A stretch of 64,000 bases of DNA from Clostridia bacterium (GCA_017464565.1 JAFTZH010000025.1:334-64333), one strand, 5' to 3'; numbered from the stretch's first letter, positions 29,066 through 38,736 are shown. Program-made: numbers and translations. The notes: generated by a model not told the origin, from the letters alone.

Positions 29066-29094
29066 TTGACAAAAAAGAAAAGCTGTGATAGAAT
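29066..29094 (+). promoter_or_regulatory. sigmaA promoter of the cold-shock gene (long 5' UTR)
   Basis: TTGACA (29066-29071), 17 bp, TGaTAGAAT (TAGAAT 29089-29094); roughly 120-nt leader before the ATG. Confidence 0.6.
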
Positions 29095-29218
29095 ACAAAA
29101 GTATTCAGGATAATTGCTTTGCTCTCACATACGTATGCGATCAATCACTATTTTCTTGATCGCCGTAGGTGGGTTTTGTTTTTATATGGGTACAAAAATT
29201 TATACGGAGGTACCCAAA

Positions 29219-29431
29219 ATGAATAACGGTACTGTTAAGTGGTTCAACGCTGAAAAGGGATATGGATTTATCTCGAACGACGAGGGCGGAGACGACATTT
29301 TCGTTCACTTTTCCGCAATCCAGTGCGACGGCTTTAAGACGCTCAAGGAAGGACAGAAGGTTTCCTTTGATGTTGAGGCTGATCCCAAGAACAGCAGCAA
29401 GATGAGAGCTGTAAACGTACAGCCCCTTTAA
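29219..29431 (+). CDS. cspA: Cold-shock protein (CspA family)
   Basis: [34 protein letters not shown] contains the RNP1/RNP2 motifs. SD GGAGG at 29206. The upstream part of ORF 29114 was rejected. Confidence 0.95.
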   Translation: MNNGTVKWFNAEKGYGFISNDEGGDDIFVHFSAIQCDGFKTLKEGQKVSFDVEADPKNSSKMRAVNVQPL

Positions 29432-29442
29432 TTGCAGACGAA

Positions 29443-29479
29443 GAAGCGGTGTGTTGCAACGCAACACACCGCTTCTTTT
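29443..29479. terminator. Bidirectional terminator between cspA and the convergent membrane-protein gene
   Basis: gaagcggtgtgttgcaacgcaacacaccgcttc + tttt. Confidence 0.8.
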
Positions 29480-30833
29480 ATGACCGGCGGGCTTTTCGCG
29501 CGGCTATCCGCTCTCTTATTACCGAGGCTATCTCGAGTGCGAGAATAGCTATAATGATAAGGGAGTGAATAGTAAAGTTTTTCGGAAAAACGAAGAATGC
29601 CGTGAATAAGAACATAAACGCGATAAAATACAGGACGCGCTTTTTGATACCGAGCGTTCCGTAGACCCTTATATATTCAAGGAAGGGAAGGAGCGCGAAG
29701 ATTATTACGTAAAAATAGGATATGCTCGGAATAAGCACCACTATCGCGAAGCAGATAGAAAGACGAGAGAGTGTGTTCTTCGTAGCTATGGCGGCATAGG
29801 TGCTTATCGCAAATACGAGAGCCAGAGTCGTAAGGTTTATTACCGAAAAAATGGCCGATTCTGCCGAAAGGCGCGGAACGAACAGGTGCAAAAGCTTATA
29901 AAGCTGAGCCGATATCGACAGATTATTGGTTTCAAGAAGTCTTACCTCGCTTGACATAAAGCCGCCGAGGTTGTCAATAAATGGAGAGACGTCGTTGAAA
30001 TCGTTGCGGAACAAAAAGAAGGACGCGCCGAATATAATAGCAAAGTAAACTCCGACTCTGAACGAGGCGAATATCTTTTTGTCTTTAAGAAGAAATACTC
30101 CGAAGAACAGAGGATATAGCTTTATAGCTCCCGCGAGAGCGAGCGATATATACGACAGTTCCCGCAGAACGGGATTTTTGCTGTCCTTTAATATCAGGAA
30201 AATCAATAGGAATATCAGGGCGAAATAAATCGTGTTTCCCCGCATTATCGCGTAGACGAACGGCGCGCTGAACATAATTATAATCGCCAGCTTCAGCATA
30301 TTCCGTCCTTTAAGACCGAACAGCTTTGCCGTAAGCAGAATCGTAAGAAGCGTGCAGATTGCGAAAAAGAGAAGAATGGCTATCCAGAATTGCGGGTAGA
30401 GAATTACCTCCGACGTAAGCTCGTCCGCGGTAAGCTTGCTGAACTCGTATCTCGCGAAGATGTCCTTGCATATAAGCGCGAAGGGATAGAGAATGGCAAT
30501 CGCGACCGGCGGGTAGGACGAGTCTCCTACGACGTAAGGGCTTTCCTCAAGCGAAAAATTCATAATGACGACGAAATCGGAGAAGATGCCGAGAAGCCAA
30601 TCGAATTTGCTGCTTCCGTTATAGAGCGAGGCAAAAGCAAAAACGTAGTAGAGAATTATGGCAAGCATTGCCGTTACCGTGCCTATCGTCAGCACCGTGA
30701 AGAAGGTATTGAATATTTTTTTGTTTGAATCGTAAAATTTTATTTTCCCGTCGGGAGAGAGCAGGGGGGCTGCCGTATCCTCGGAAGGATTGTCTCCGAA
30801 GAAGGCAGAAATCTTAGAGAATAAAGATTTCAT
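29478..30833 (-). CDS. Polytopic membrane protein, possible GT-C (DUF2029/GT87-like) glycosyltransferase
   Basis: 451 aa, at least 10 TM helices. SSYPPVAIAILYPFA and GAIKLYPLFFGVFLL resemble DUF2029 signatures, from memory only. Confidence 0.4.
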   Translation of the reverse strand: MKSLFSKISAFFGDNPSEDTAAPLLSPDGKIKFYDSNKKIFNTFFTVLTIGTVTAMLAIILYYVFAFASLYNGSSKFDWLLGIFSDFVVIMNFSLEESPYVVGDSSYPPVAIAILYPFALICKDIFARYEFSKLTADELTSEVILYPQFWIAILLFFAICTLLTILLTAKLFGLKGRNMLKLAIIIMFSAPFVYAIMRGNTIYFALIFLLIFLILKDSKNPVLRELSYISLALAGAIKLYPLFFGVFLLKDKKIFASFRVGVYFAIIFGASFFLFRNDFNDVSPFIDNLGGFMSSEVRLLETNNLSISAQLYKLLHLFVPRLSAESAIFSVINLTTLALVFAISTYAAIATKNTLSRLSICFAIVVLIPSISYFYVIIFALLPFLEYIRVYGTLGIKKRVLYFIAFMFLFTAFFVFPKNFTIHSLIIIAILALEIASVIRERIAARKARRS

Positions 30834-30980
30834 AAACGAATCCTCTCCAAAAATTGAATGTTGAATGATATCTTAAATATTTATATAAAGATTCTTTTGT
30901 TAAGAACGCGATATACGTATATTATTATATCACAACAGATTTAAGGTGTCAACCGTTTTGAGCGGTTTTCGTATACTCGT

Positions 30981-31017
30981 ACAAAGAAGCGCCCCTCCGC
31001 GAATTTCGCGGAGGGGC
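30981..31017 (-). terminator. Intrinsic terminator of the SASP gene
   Basis: Minus strand gcccctccgcgaaattcgcggaggggc + ttctttgt. Confidence 0.7.
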
Positions 31018-31113
31018 ACCGAGCTTTGAACTGACGGGAAATTCATTCGTTTTTTTTCTGACAGTCTTTATCGAAATATAAAACGAATCAAATTCCGATA
31101 TTCAAGACCTTAC

Positions 31114-31314
31114 TTATTTGGAGGTCTTTATCTGATTTTCGTAGCTCTCGATCATCTTCTTGACCATCTGACCGCCGATGCTTCCTGCCTGACGTGCGGT
31201 GAGGTCGCCGTTATATCCCTGAGTGAGGTTAACGCCTACTTCGCTTGCTGCCTCCATTTTGAACTTTTCAAGAGCAGCCTTTGCCTCGGGAACAAGTGTC
31301 TTATTGCTTGCCAT
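31114..31314 (-). CDS. Alpha/beta-type small acid-soluble spore protein
   Basis: 66 aa. ALEKFKMEAASEVGVNLTQGYNGDLTARQAGSIGGQMVKKMIE is the SASP alpha/beta signature. Confidence 0.93.
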   Translation of the reverse strand: MASNKTLVPEAKAALEKFKMEAASEVGVNLTQGYNGDLTARQAGSIGGQMVKKMIESYENQIKTSK

Positions 31315-31533
31315 AATTTAATTCTCCTGTTCTGAAGAGTCGCATTCGTTCTTACGCTGTAAGCACCGACGCAACCCGTCAAATCTATCTATATTGAATT
31401 GAGCGTCGGTTACTTTTCTTTTTCGCCGTGCTCTGTTATTATTGTTAGCAAAAGTCTTTTCTTTATTATCGGCAATTTTAGGAATAATAATTACAATTTT
31501 TTGACCGGAAGCTTAAAAATCCCCTCTTTCTTA

Positions 31534-31562
31534 TTGACTTTGCAAAACGCTTATGTTATAAT
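31534..31562 (+). promoter_or_regulatory. sigmaA promoter of ileS
   Basis: TTGACT (31534-31539), 17 bp, TATAAT (31557-31562). Confidence 0.6.
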
Positions 31563-31645
31563 AAGATGTTTAATTGTATTCCGCCGCGATTCAGAATACG
31601 TTTTTTAAATCGCAAACCAATAACTATTTTTAAGGAAGGTATAAA

Positions 31646-34600
31646 ATGAAGTACGAGGAATTGTCTTCAAAACCCGATTTTTCCGAGATACATCCTGCGA
31701 CACTCGGATTTTGGATGGATAATAAGGTTTTTGAAAAATCAGTTGAAGATAAAAAGGGTGAGGAGATAGTCTTTTACGACGGACCTCCTTTTCCGACGGG
31801 TAAGCCTCACCACGGCACCGTTCTCGTTTCCTTTATAAAGGATATGATAGCGAGATATTGGACTATGAGAGGCTACAAGGTGCCGAGAGTATGGGGATGG
31901 GACTGCCACGGTCTGCCGATAGAGAATCAGGTAGAGACTCTGCTCGGTATAAACGATAAGAACCAGATTGAAAAAGAGCTCGGAATAGATAAATTCAACG
32001 AAAAGTGCTTCGAGGTCGTTTCAAATAACAACGACGCTTGGAAGGAATACGTCGATCAGATGGCTCGCTGGGTAGATTATGACGGCGCATACAAGACGAT
32101 GAATACGAGCTTTATGGAAAGCGTTATGTGGGCGTTTAAGACCTGCCACGATAAAGGTCTTATTTACCGCGACTACCGCGTAACGCCTTACTGTACGCAT
32201 TGCGAGACCTCTCTTTCTATCTCGGATACGAGAGAGTCTGACTCCACCCGTCCTCGTCAGGACAGATGGATAATAGCGAAATTCAAGAGTAATCTCAAGG
32301 AAGCGGGCAAGGACGTTTATTTCCTCGCTTGGACGACCACTCCGTGGACGCTCCCCTCAAACCTCTGCCTTGCGGTCGGAGAGAAGCTTGATTACGCCTT
32401 CGTGGACGTCGGAGACTGCGTATACGTCGCTTGTAAGAACGTTCTTCCGAACTTTAAGAAAATATTCGGAGACGAGCCCGCCATACTCAAAGAGGTAAAG
32501 GGAACCGAGCTCGTCGGAGAGAGATACGAGCCTCTTCTTCCTTATTTTGCCGATAAAGCCGCGGAGGGCGCGTTCCGCGTCGTATCCGCCGATTACGTCG
32601 GAGCAGAGGAAGGCGTTGGTATCGTTCATACAGCTCCCGCCTTCGGTGAGGACGACTATTGGACGTGTAAAAACAACGGTATCCCGCTCGTCAACCCCGT
32701 TGACGCGAAGGGAAGATTTACCGAGGAGATAACCGATTTCTATCCCATTCAGGAGGAAAAGACTGTTATCGAGATGAACCCGATAATCATTCGCTTCCTT
32801 TACGATAACGGAAAAGCCGTTGCCGACGGAACGATAGAGCATAACTATCCTCACTGCTGGAGATGTAAGCGCCCGCTTATATACAAGGCTATGGACGCTT
32901 ATTATTTCAATATCGGCAAGGTTAAGGAAAGACTTATCGAGTGTAATGAGGAAATAAACTGGGTTCCCGAGACGGTAAAGCACGGAAGATTCGGAAATTG
33001 GCTTGAGGGCGCGAGAGACTGGAATATCTCCAGAAACAGATATTGGAGCACGCCTATTCCGATATGGAAGTGCGACGGCTGCGGAGAAGAGGTAGTTCTC
33101 GGAAGCATAGAGGATATCTATAACGCGTCGGGCATCAAGCTTGACAATCTTCACAGACAGTTCGTCGATAAGGTTACCTTTAAATGCAAGTGCTGCGAGG
33201 GTACTATGAGAAGAGTTCCGGAGGTGCTTGACTGCTGGTTCGAGAGCGGAAGCGTTCCGTTCGCGCAGAAGCACTATCCTTTTGAAAACAAGGAATGGTT
33301 TGAGGAGCATTTTCCCTGCGATTTCGTCGTCGAGTACACGGGTCAGATAAGATGCTGGTTCTATTATCTGCACGTTTTGGCTATCGCGCTCTTTGATAAA
33401 CCCGCTTTCCGCAACTGCGTGGTTCACGGAACGATACTCGCCAAGGACGGAAAGAAGCTCTCAAAGTCGTCAAAGAACTATACCGACCCGATGGAGCTTA
33501 TGAAGAGATACGGAACCGACGCGTTCAGACTTTATCTCTATCAGACCAAGGCTATGCTTATCGGAGACCTGCTCTTTGACGAGAGCGGTATTCAGGACGC
33601 TTATCAGCAGCTTCTTCTTCCTTATTGGAACGCTTGTAATTTCTACATTTCGTACGCCAATATAGATAATTTCCACCCGTCAGAGCTTACTCCTCCGAAG
33701 AGCGACAATCAGCTTGACAATTGGATACTCGCAAAGCTCTACGACACCACGAAGGCGATAACCGAAAATATGGACGCTTATCAGGTCGATAAATATATCG
33801 AGAGCCTCGCGTCCCTTATAGACGGACTTACCAACTGGTATATCAGACGTTCGAGAAGAAGATTCTGGGAGACCGAGTTTACCGCTGACAAGGAGAGCGC
33901 TTACAATACGCTGTATTACGTTCTCGTCAACACCACGAAGCTTCTCGCTCCCGTCGCACCTATCATATCCGAGAAGATATACAAGACTCTCACGGGAGAG
34001 TTTTCGGTTCATCTTGCCGATTGGCCCGAAATTCCCGCAAGCTACGCCAACGACGAGCTGCTTCGTAAGATTGAAACGGCGCAGAGACTTATCGGTATTA
34101 CGAGAAGCATAAGAAACAAGAGCAGGATAAAGAACAGACAGCCTCTCAGCCTGCTTCGCGTTGCTTCCTCAGACTCCGATACGATAGCGGTCGTGGACGA
34201 GTTCAGGGAGACTATCAAGGAAGAGCTTAATATCAAGAATATCGAAATACTCAACGACGTAAACGATATAGCTACCGTCAAGTACGACCCTAACTTCAAC
34301 GTAATAAGAGAGAAGTATCCTAACGAAATACCGCTTATAATCAAGGCGGTAAAGAGCGGAAAATACGCTATCTCGGGAGACAAGGTAACGCTTGATATCA
34401 ACGGAGAGCAGAGAGAGCTTGACGCCGATATCATTCTCGTAACCTATCTCGCAAAGGACGGTCTGCACGTCGCGAGCGACCGTGAGATAATAGTTTCTCT
34501 CGACCTCACCATTACCGAGGAACTCAGACAAGAGGGAATCGCGCGTGAGATAATCAGAAGTATTCAGGACGCGAGAAAGCAGATAGGCTGTGAGATAATG

Positions 34601-34750
34601 GATAATATCACGATAAGCCTTAAGGGTGAGTACCCTGCGTCGTGGGTTGACGTTATCTGCGGCGAGACCTTGAGCCGAGTAGGCGAGATAGACGTTCCCG
34701 ATACCGTTATAAATATCGACGACGTTATCGAGGTCGGAATAAAGAAATAA
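31646..34750 (+). CDS. ileS: Isoleucyl-tRNA synthetase, type 2 (long, eukaryote-like form)
   Basis: 1034 aa. FYDGPPFPTGKPHHGT (HIGH region), KLSKSSKN (KMSKS), WCISR-like DWNISRNRYW, no C-terminal zinc-binding type-1 tail. Confidence 0.9.
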   Translation: MKYEELSSKPDFSEIHPATLGFWMDNKVFEKSVEDKKGEEIVFYDGPPFPTGKPHHGTVLVSFIKDMIARYWTMRGYKVPRVWGWDCHGLPIENQVETLLGINDKNQIEKELGIDKFNEKCFEVVSNNNDAWKEYVDQMARWVDYDGAYKTMNTSFMESVMWAFKTCHDKGLIYRDYRVTPYCTHCETSLSISDTRESDSTRPRQDRWIIAKFKSNLKEAGKDVYFLAWTTTPWTLPSNLCLAVGEKLDYAFVDVGDCVYVACKNVLPNFKKIFGDEPAILKEVKGTELVGERYEPLLPYFADKAAEGAFRVVSADYVGAEEGVGIVHTAPAFGEDDYWTCKNNGIPLVNPVDAKGRFTEEITDFYPIQEEKTVIEMNPIIIRFLYDNGKAVADGTIEHNYPHCWRCKRPLIYKAMDAYYFNIGKVKERLIECNEEINWVPETVKHGRFGNWLEGARDWNISRNRYWSTPIPIWKCDGCGEEVVLGSIEDIYNASGIKLDNLHRQFVDKVTFKCKCCEGTMRRVPEVLDCWFESGSVPFAQKHYPFENKEWFEEHFPCDFVVEYTGQIRCWFYYLHVLAIALFDKPAFRNCVVHGTILAKDGKKLSKSSKNYTDPMELMKRYGTDAFRLYLYQTKAMLIGDLLFDESGIQDAYQQLLLPYWNACNFYISYANIDNFHPSELTPPKSDNQLDNWILAKLYDTTKAITENMDAYQVDKYIESLASLIDGLTNWYIRRSRRRFWETEFTADKESAYNTLYYVLVNTTKLLAPVAPIISEKIYKTLTGEFSVHLADWPEIPASYANDELLRKIETAQRLIGITRSIRNKSRIKNRQPLSLLRVASSDSDTIAVVDEFRETIKEELNIKNIEILNDVNDIATVKYDPNFNVIREKYPNEIPLIIKAVKSGKYAISGDKVTLDINGEQRELDADIILVTYLAKDGLHVASDREIIVSLDLTITEELRQEGIAREIIRSIQDARKQIGCEIMDNITISLKGEYPASWVDVICGETLSRVGEIDVPDTVINIDDVIEVGIKK

Positions 34751-34762
34751 AAATCAACTTAT

Positions 34763-34788
34763 GGGGGAAGAACCGCGGTTCTTTCCCC
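34763..34788. repeat. Degenerate solo hairpin of the repeat family, at the ileS 3' end
   Basis: gggggaagaaccgcggttctttcccc flanked by cttat/ataag; shares the tatggggga..tcccc ends with the other copies. Confidence 0.5.
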
Positions 34789-34920
34789 ATATAAGTTTGA
34801 GCGCAAGGTGCTGTTAAAATGTAAAAAAATAAAAATTTTTTCGGCACGGTACTTTTCAATTTTCAAAAGATATGATATAATTAGAATGTATTTTTATTTT
34901 TGCTGATTCGAGGTAATCAT

Positions 34921-36327
34921 ATGAGTGGATTTTTCGGTGTTGCGTCAAAGGAAGATTGTGTGTTCGATTTGTTTTTCGGAACGGATTATCATTCGCATCT
35001 CGGTACTCGACGGGCGGGAATGGTGGTCTATAATTCCGAAAGCGGATTTGACAAATCTCTTCACAACATAGAGAACGCTCCTTTCAGAACTAAATTTGAA
35101 TCTGAATCCAATACGATGAAGGGTAATATGGGTATCGGCTGTATATCGGATTACGAGCCTCAGCCTATTCTTCTTCGCTCTCATCACGGTACTTTCGCTA
35201 TAAGCACCGTAGGTAAGATAAACAACTCCGACGAGATACTGAGGGATATTATCGGAGACAGAACGCACTTTTTTGAAATGAGCAACGGGGATATAAATCC
35301 CACCGAGCTTGTAGCGGCGATAATAGACTGTAAGGAAAATCTTATAGACGGTATAAGATACGCTCAGGAGATAATCGACGGCTCGATAAGTATTCTTCTT
35401 ATGACGCCGAAGGGAATATACGCGGCAAGAGACAGACTCGGAAGAACGCCGATAGCCATCGGAGAGAAGCCCACGGGATACTGCGCTTGCTTTGAGAGCT
35501 TTGCGTATCATAATCTCGGCTACAAGGATTATAAGGAACTGGGACCAGGGGAGATTGTCGTATTTGACGCCGACGGAGTAAAGACTCTCGCAGCTCCCGG
35601 CAGCGAGATGAAGATATGCACTTTTCTTTGGGTTTATTACGGATATCCGTCGTCGTCATACGAGGGAATAAGCGTTGAGAAGATGCGCTGCAACTGCGGT
35701 GAGCTTATGGCAAAGAGAGACGACGCAAAGCCCGATACCGTAGCGGGAATACCCGATTCGGGCTTGGCTCACGCAATAGGATACGCAAACACTTCGGGAA
35801 TACCATTTTCACGTCCGTTCATAAAATATACGCCTACTTGGCCGCGTTCCTTTATGCCTGCCAATCAGAGCAAGCGAAATCTTATCGCCAAGATGAAGCT
35901 GATTCCGATACACGACCTGATAGAAGGCAAAAAGTTGCTCTTTATTGACGATTCGATAGTCAGAGGAACTCAGCTTCGCGAGACCACCGAATTTTTGTAT
36001 GAGAGCGGAGCGAGCGAGGTACATATAAGGCTTGCTTGTCCTCCTCTTTTGTTCGGATGTAAATACGTTAATTTCTCGCGCTCCAATTCAGATATGGAGC
36101 TTATAACGAGAAGGGTTATAAATAAGCTTGAGGGTGAAAATCCCGATATCGAGGTGCTTAAGGAGTATGCCAATCCCGATACCGAGAGATATAAGAAAAT
36201 GGTCGAGATGATACGGGAGGAGCTTCACTTCACGTCTCTCGCTTATAATCGCCTTGACGATATGGTGGAGGCTACGGGACTCCCCCGCGAGAAGCTTTGC
36301 ACGTACTGTTGGAGCGGGGAAGAATAA
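34921..36327 (+). CDS. Amidophosphoribosyltransferase (PurF)-like protein lacking the N-terminal nucleophile Cys
   Basis: Starts MSGFFGV where PurF has MCGI/V. Has an Ntn-type GATase-like N-domain and a PRTase motif KKLLFIDDSIVRGTQ. Confidence 0.75.
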   Translation: MSGFFGVASKEDCVFDLFFGTDYHSHLGTRRAGMVVYNSESGFDKSLHNIENAPFRTKFESESNTMKGNMGIGCISDYEPQPILLRSHHGTFAISTVGKINNSDEILRDIIGDRTHFFEMSNGDINPTELVAAIIDCKENLIDGIRYAQEIIDGSISILLMTPKGIYAARDRLGRTPIAIGEKPTGYCACFESFAYHNLGYKDYKELGPGEIVVFDADGVKTLAAPGSEMKICTFLWVYYGYPSSSYEGISVEKMRCNCGELMAKRDDAKPDTVAGIPDSGLAHAIGYANTSGIPFSRPFIKYTPTWPRSFMPANQSKRNLIAKMKLIPIHDLIEGKKLLFIDDSIVRGTQLRETTEFLYESGASEVHIRLACPPLLFGCKYVNFSRSNSDMELITRRVINKLEGENPDIEVLKEYANPDTERYKKMVEMIREELHFTSLAYNRLDDMVEATGLPREKLCTYCWSGEE

Positions 36328-36386
36328 TATTTGAATTTTGAGCACGCAGATGCTTAAAAATATAAATAATAAAAAGGAGAAAGATT

Positions 36387-36923
36387 ATGGGAAAATATTC
36401 GGGAACACAGACCGAGAAAAATCTTGAAGCGGCATTTGCCGGAGAATCGCAGGCGAGAAATAAGTATACTTATTTTGCTTCGGTCGCAAAGAAGGAAGGC
36501 TACGAGCAGATAGCGGCGCTTTTCCTTAAAACTGCGGAGAACGAGAAGGAACACGCTAAAATGTGGTTCAAGGAGCTTGAGGGTATCGGAGACACGGCAG
36601 AGAATTTGGCTCACGCGGCTGACGGAGAGAACTATGAGTGGACCGATATGTACGAGGGCTTCGCAAAGACGGCTGAGGAAGAGGGCTTTACCGCTCTCGC
36701 GGCTAAATTCAGACTTGTCGCGGCTATCGAAAAGCAACACGAGGAGCGTTATCGCGCGCTTCTTCGCAACGTAGAGACCGCCGAGGTCTTTGAGAAGAGC
36801 GAGGTCAAGGTATGGGAATGCCGCAACTGCGGACACATAGTCGTCGGCAAAAAGGCTCCCCAGGTATGTCCTACCTGCGCTCATCCCCAGAGCTATTTCG
36901 AAGTACACGCCGAGAATTATTGA
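36387..36923 (+). CDS. rbr: Rubrerythrin
   Basis: [26 protein letters not shown], a second ExxH helix pair, C-terminal rubredoxin CRNCGH..CPTCAHP. Confidence 0.95.
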   Translation: MGKYSGTQTEKNLEAAFAGESQARNKYTYFASVAKKEGYEQIAALFLKTAENEKEHAKMWFKELEGIGDTAENLAHAADGENYEWTDMYEGFAKTAEEEGFTALAAKFRLVAAIEKQHEERYRALLRNVETAEVFEKSEVKVWECRNCGHIVVGKKAPQVCPTCAHPQSYFEVHAENY

Positions 36924-36934
36924 TAAGAGAAAGA

Positions 36935-36966
36935 ACGGAGACGGCAAAGCCGTCTCCGTTCTTTTG
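36935..36966 (+). terminator. Intrinsic terminator after rbr
   Basis: aacggagacggcaaagccgtctccgtt + cttttg. Confidence 0.8.
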
Positions 36967-36980
36967 TTATTGATGAAATA

Positions 36981-37009
36981 TTGACAATAAAGAGCAGCGG
37001 TGATATAAT
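36981..37009 (+). promoter_or_regulatory. Consensus sigmaA promoter
   Basis: TTGACA (36981-36986), 17 bp, TGaTATAAT (TATAAT 37004-37009). Confidence 0.7.
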
Positions 37010-37061
37010 TATTATAAAGAAAGAATAAACTGTGTCATTCAATATGCTGAGGAGACCTGTT

Positions 37062-37679
37062 ATGAAGATAATAACTATAAGCCGTGAGTTTGGAAGCGGC
37101 GGAAGAGAGCTTGGCAAAAGGCTTTCTGATGAAATGGGACTTGCCTATTACGACAGAGAGATAGTTTCCTCGATAGCGGAGCGCCATTCTCTCGATGAAA
37201 ATTACGTTTCGGGCGCGCTTGAAAGAAGCGTTTCGCAGAGCTATCCGATACATTTCGCCAGAACCTTTTCCTATACAGCGAGTATTGGAGTGAATAATTC
37301 GGTCGGTCTGTTCGCGGAGCAGACGAAGCTGCTCAAGGAGCTTGCCGAAAAGGGAGACTGTGTTATCGTCGGACGCGCGGCGGACGTTATCCTTTCCGAG
37401 TATAATCCGTTTAATTTGTTCGTATACGCCGATATGAGCGCAAAAATCGCGCGGTGTATAGAGCGTGCTCCCGAGTGTGAGCGTTTGAGCGAGCGGGAGA
37501 CCGCAAAGATGATAAGAAGAATAGATTCCGAACGCAAAAAGATACACGGAATGATATCCGACAGAACGTGGGGAGACAGAAGAGGCTATCATCTGTGTGT
37601 CAACACGACGAACGTTGATATAAAAAAGATAGTTCCCGAGCTTGCGAGATATATTAATATCTGGTATGGGGAAAAGTAA
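37062..37679 (+). CDS. Cytidylate kinase-like family protein (Cytidylate_kin2-type)
   Basis: MKIITISREFGSGGRELGKRLSDEMGLAYYDREI; start at ATG 37062 after GAGGAG. Confidence 0.7.
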   Translation: MKIITISREFGSGGRELGKRLSDEMGLAYYDREIVSSIAERHSLDENYVSGALERSVSQSYPIHFARTFSYTASIGVNNSVGLFAEQTKLLKELAEKGDCVIVGRAADVILSEYNPFNLFVYADMSAKIARCIERAPECERLSERETAKMIRRIDSERKKIHGMISDRTWGDRRGYHLCVNTTNVDIKKIVPELARYINIWYGEK

Positions 37680-37890
37680 AGTTGGGGGATTTTATATGGG
37701 GGAGGAGCTTTTTGAAAAAGCTCCTCCCCCAAACCCTCTCCGCAAAAAGCTTAAATGTTTTGTGTTCATTTTTGGGTTTTTGTCTTACTCTCTATAGGAA
37801 GCAAGACAAAAATCAAAATTCAAACCCAACGTTTAAAGATTTTTGAATAGGGGTTAGGGGAGAAACTTTTGAAAAAGTTTCTCCCCTAAA
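37680..37890. repeat. Full copy of the nested palindromic repeat (hairpin - arm - central hairpin - complementary arm - hairpin)
   Basis: 37698-37730 gggggaggagctttttgaaaaagctcctccccc. Arm ..ccgcaaaaagcttaaatg.. pairs with ..aacgtttaaagatttttgaatagggg... Central ttttgtcttactctctataggaagcaagacaaaa. 37857-37886 ggggagaaacttttgaaaaagtttctcccc. Confidence 0.85.
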
Positions 37891-37924
37891 AAACCAACAC
37901 CAACTATCTTAATGGTATTCATCT

Positions 37925-38632
37925 TTATATAAAAAACAATGAACCTGCGTCAAAGAGCTTTTCGTCCGAAAGAGAGACGGCACGCTTGCCGTATTTTTCG
38001 CAAAATTCCTCAATAGCCTTTCCATCGGGATGAAGCGCAATATTTCCCAGGAAATAAATATCCTCTCCAAAGCTTCCGGCGCAGCCGCCGATAAAGCCCG
38101 TATCGTATCCCGTAAGCGTAATACTTCCCGACGATATACGCAGAACGTCAATGCCGTCCTTGGTCATCGCTTGACAGAGAGATGGGTCGGAGCTTATAGC
38201 GGCGCCGTCTCCTATCGGGCATACCGAGCATTTAGCGTAGCCTTGCTTCACCTTGTGTATCGGAATATTGTCTTTCTTCGCGAAATCAAGTATAAGGCGC
38301 GACGTTCCGCTTTCTCGGCAGTAAAGCGAGCCGCCGAGAATAAAGGCGTTAAACAGTATATCGTGTGGATATGCCGAGCCTACGCATTCGTCCGACAGAA
38401 CGAGTTCATATCCCTTGTCCGCAATTTTCGAAAGCTCTTTTGCGGCGGTTTTGAAATAATCCTTGTGGCAGAACAGCTTGCCGCCGGCAAAAAAGATAAG
38501 CATATCGGGGTGAGCCGAGGTTGGCTCCTGAAGGGCGGAGAAGGGGGGCAGAGCTATTATCTCAAACCCGAGAGACGATAGATTTTCCATACATTTCTTC
38601 GGCACTCTTGAATCTATAATTACAGCTTTCAT
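37925..38632 (-). CDS. Conserved hypothetical protein (possibly DUF6873-like)
   Basis: 235 aa, SD AGGTGA. MKAVIIDSRVPKKCMENLSSLGFEIIALPPFSALQEPTSAHPDM.. The family name is recalled from memory only. Confidence 0.5.
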   Translation of the reverse strand: MKAVIIDSRVPKKCMENLSSLGFEIIALPPFSALQEPTSAHPDMLIFFAGGKLFCHKDYFKTAAKELSKIADKGYELVLSDECVGSAYPHDILFNAFILGGSLYCRESGTSRLILDFAKKDNIPIHKVKQGYAKCSVCPIGDGAAISSDPSLCQAMTKDGIDVLRISSGSITLTGYDTGFIGGCAGSFGEDIYFLGNIALHPDGKAIEEFCEKYGKRAVSLSDEKLFDAGSLFFI

Positions 38633-38650
38633 AATATTTCACCTGTAAAA

Positions 38651-38682
38651 GCAAAAAGCGAACGATTACGTTCGCTTTTTGC
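38651..38682 (-). terminator. Terminator of rpmB
   Basis: gcaaaaagcgaacgattacgttcgctttttgc palindrome including U-run. Confidence 0.7.
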
Positions 38683-38736
38683 TTTATGCTTTTTGATGCT
38701 CTCGTTGGAGAGCAATTTTACGATAATGATACGTAA

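Noticed and set aside
31315-31400. Forespore sigmaG promoter upstream of the SASP gene
   Set aside because: It is expected biologically, but I could not find a convincing GnATA-18-CATnnTA match by eye, so it is not reported as a feature.
31315-31645. T-box or other riboswitch upstream of ileS, and upstream of tyrS (48030-48116)
   Set aside because: No GGUGGUACC-type T-box sequence and no terminator/antiterminator pair is visible. The tyrS spacer is too short.
5985-37890. Possibility that the recurring 33-nt palindromes form a CRISPR array
   Set aside because: The copies are kilobases apart at unrelated intergenic loci, are perfect palindromes with conserved flanks, and lack regular repeat-spacer periodicity. 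No cas genes are present.
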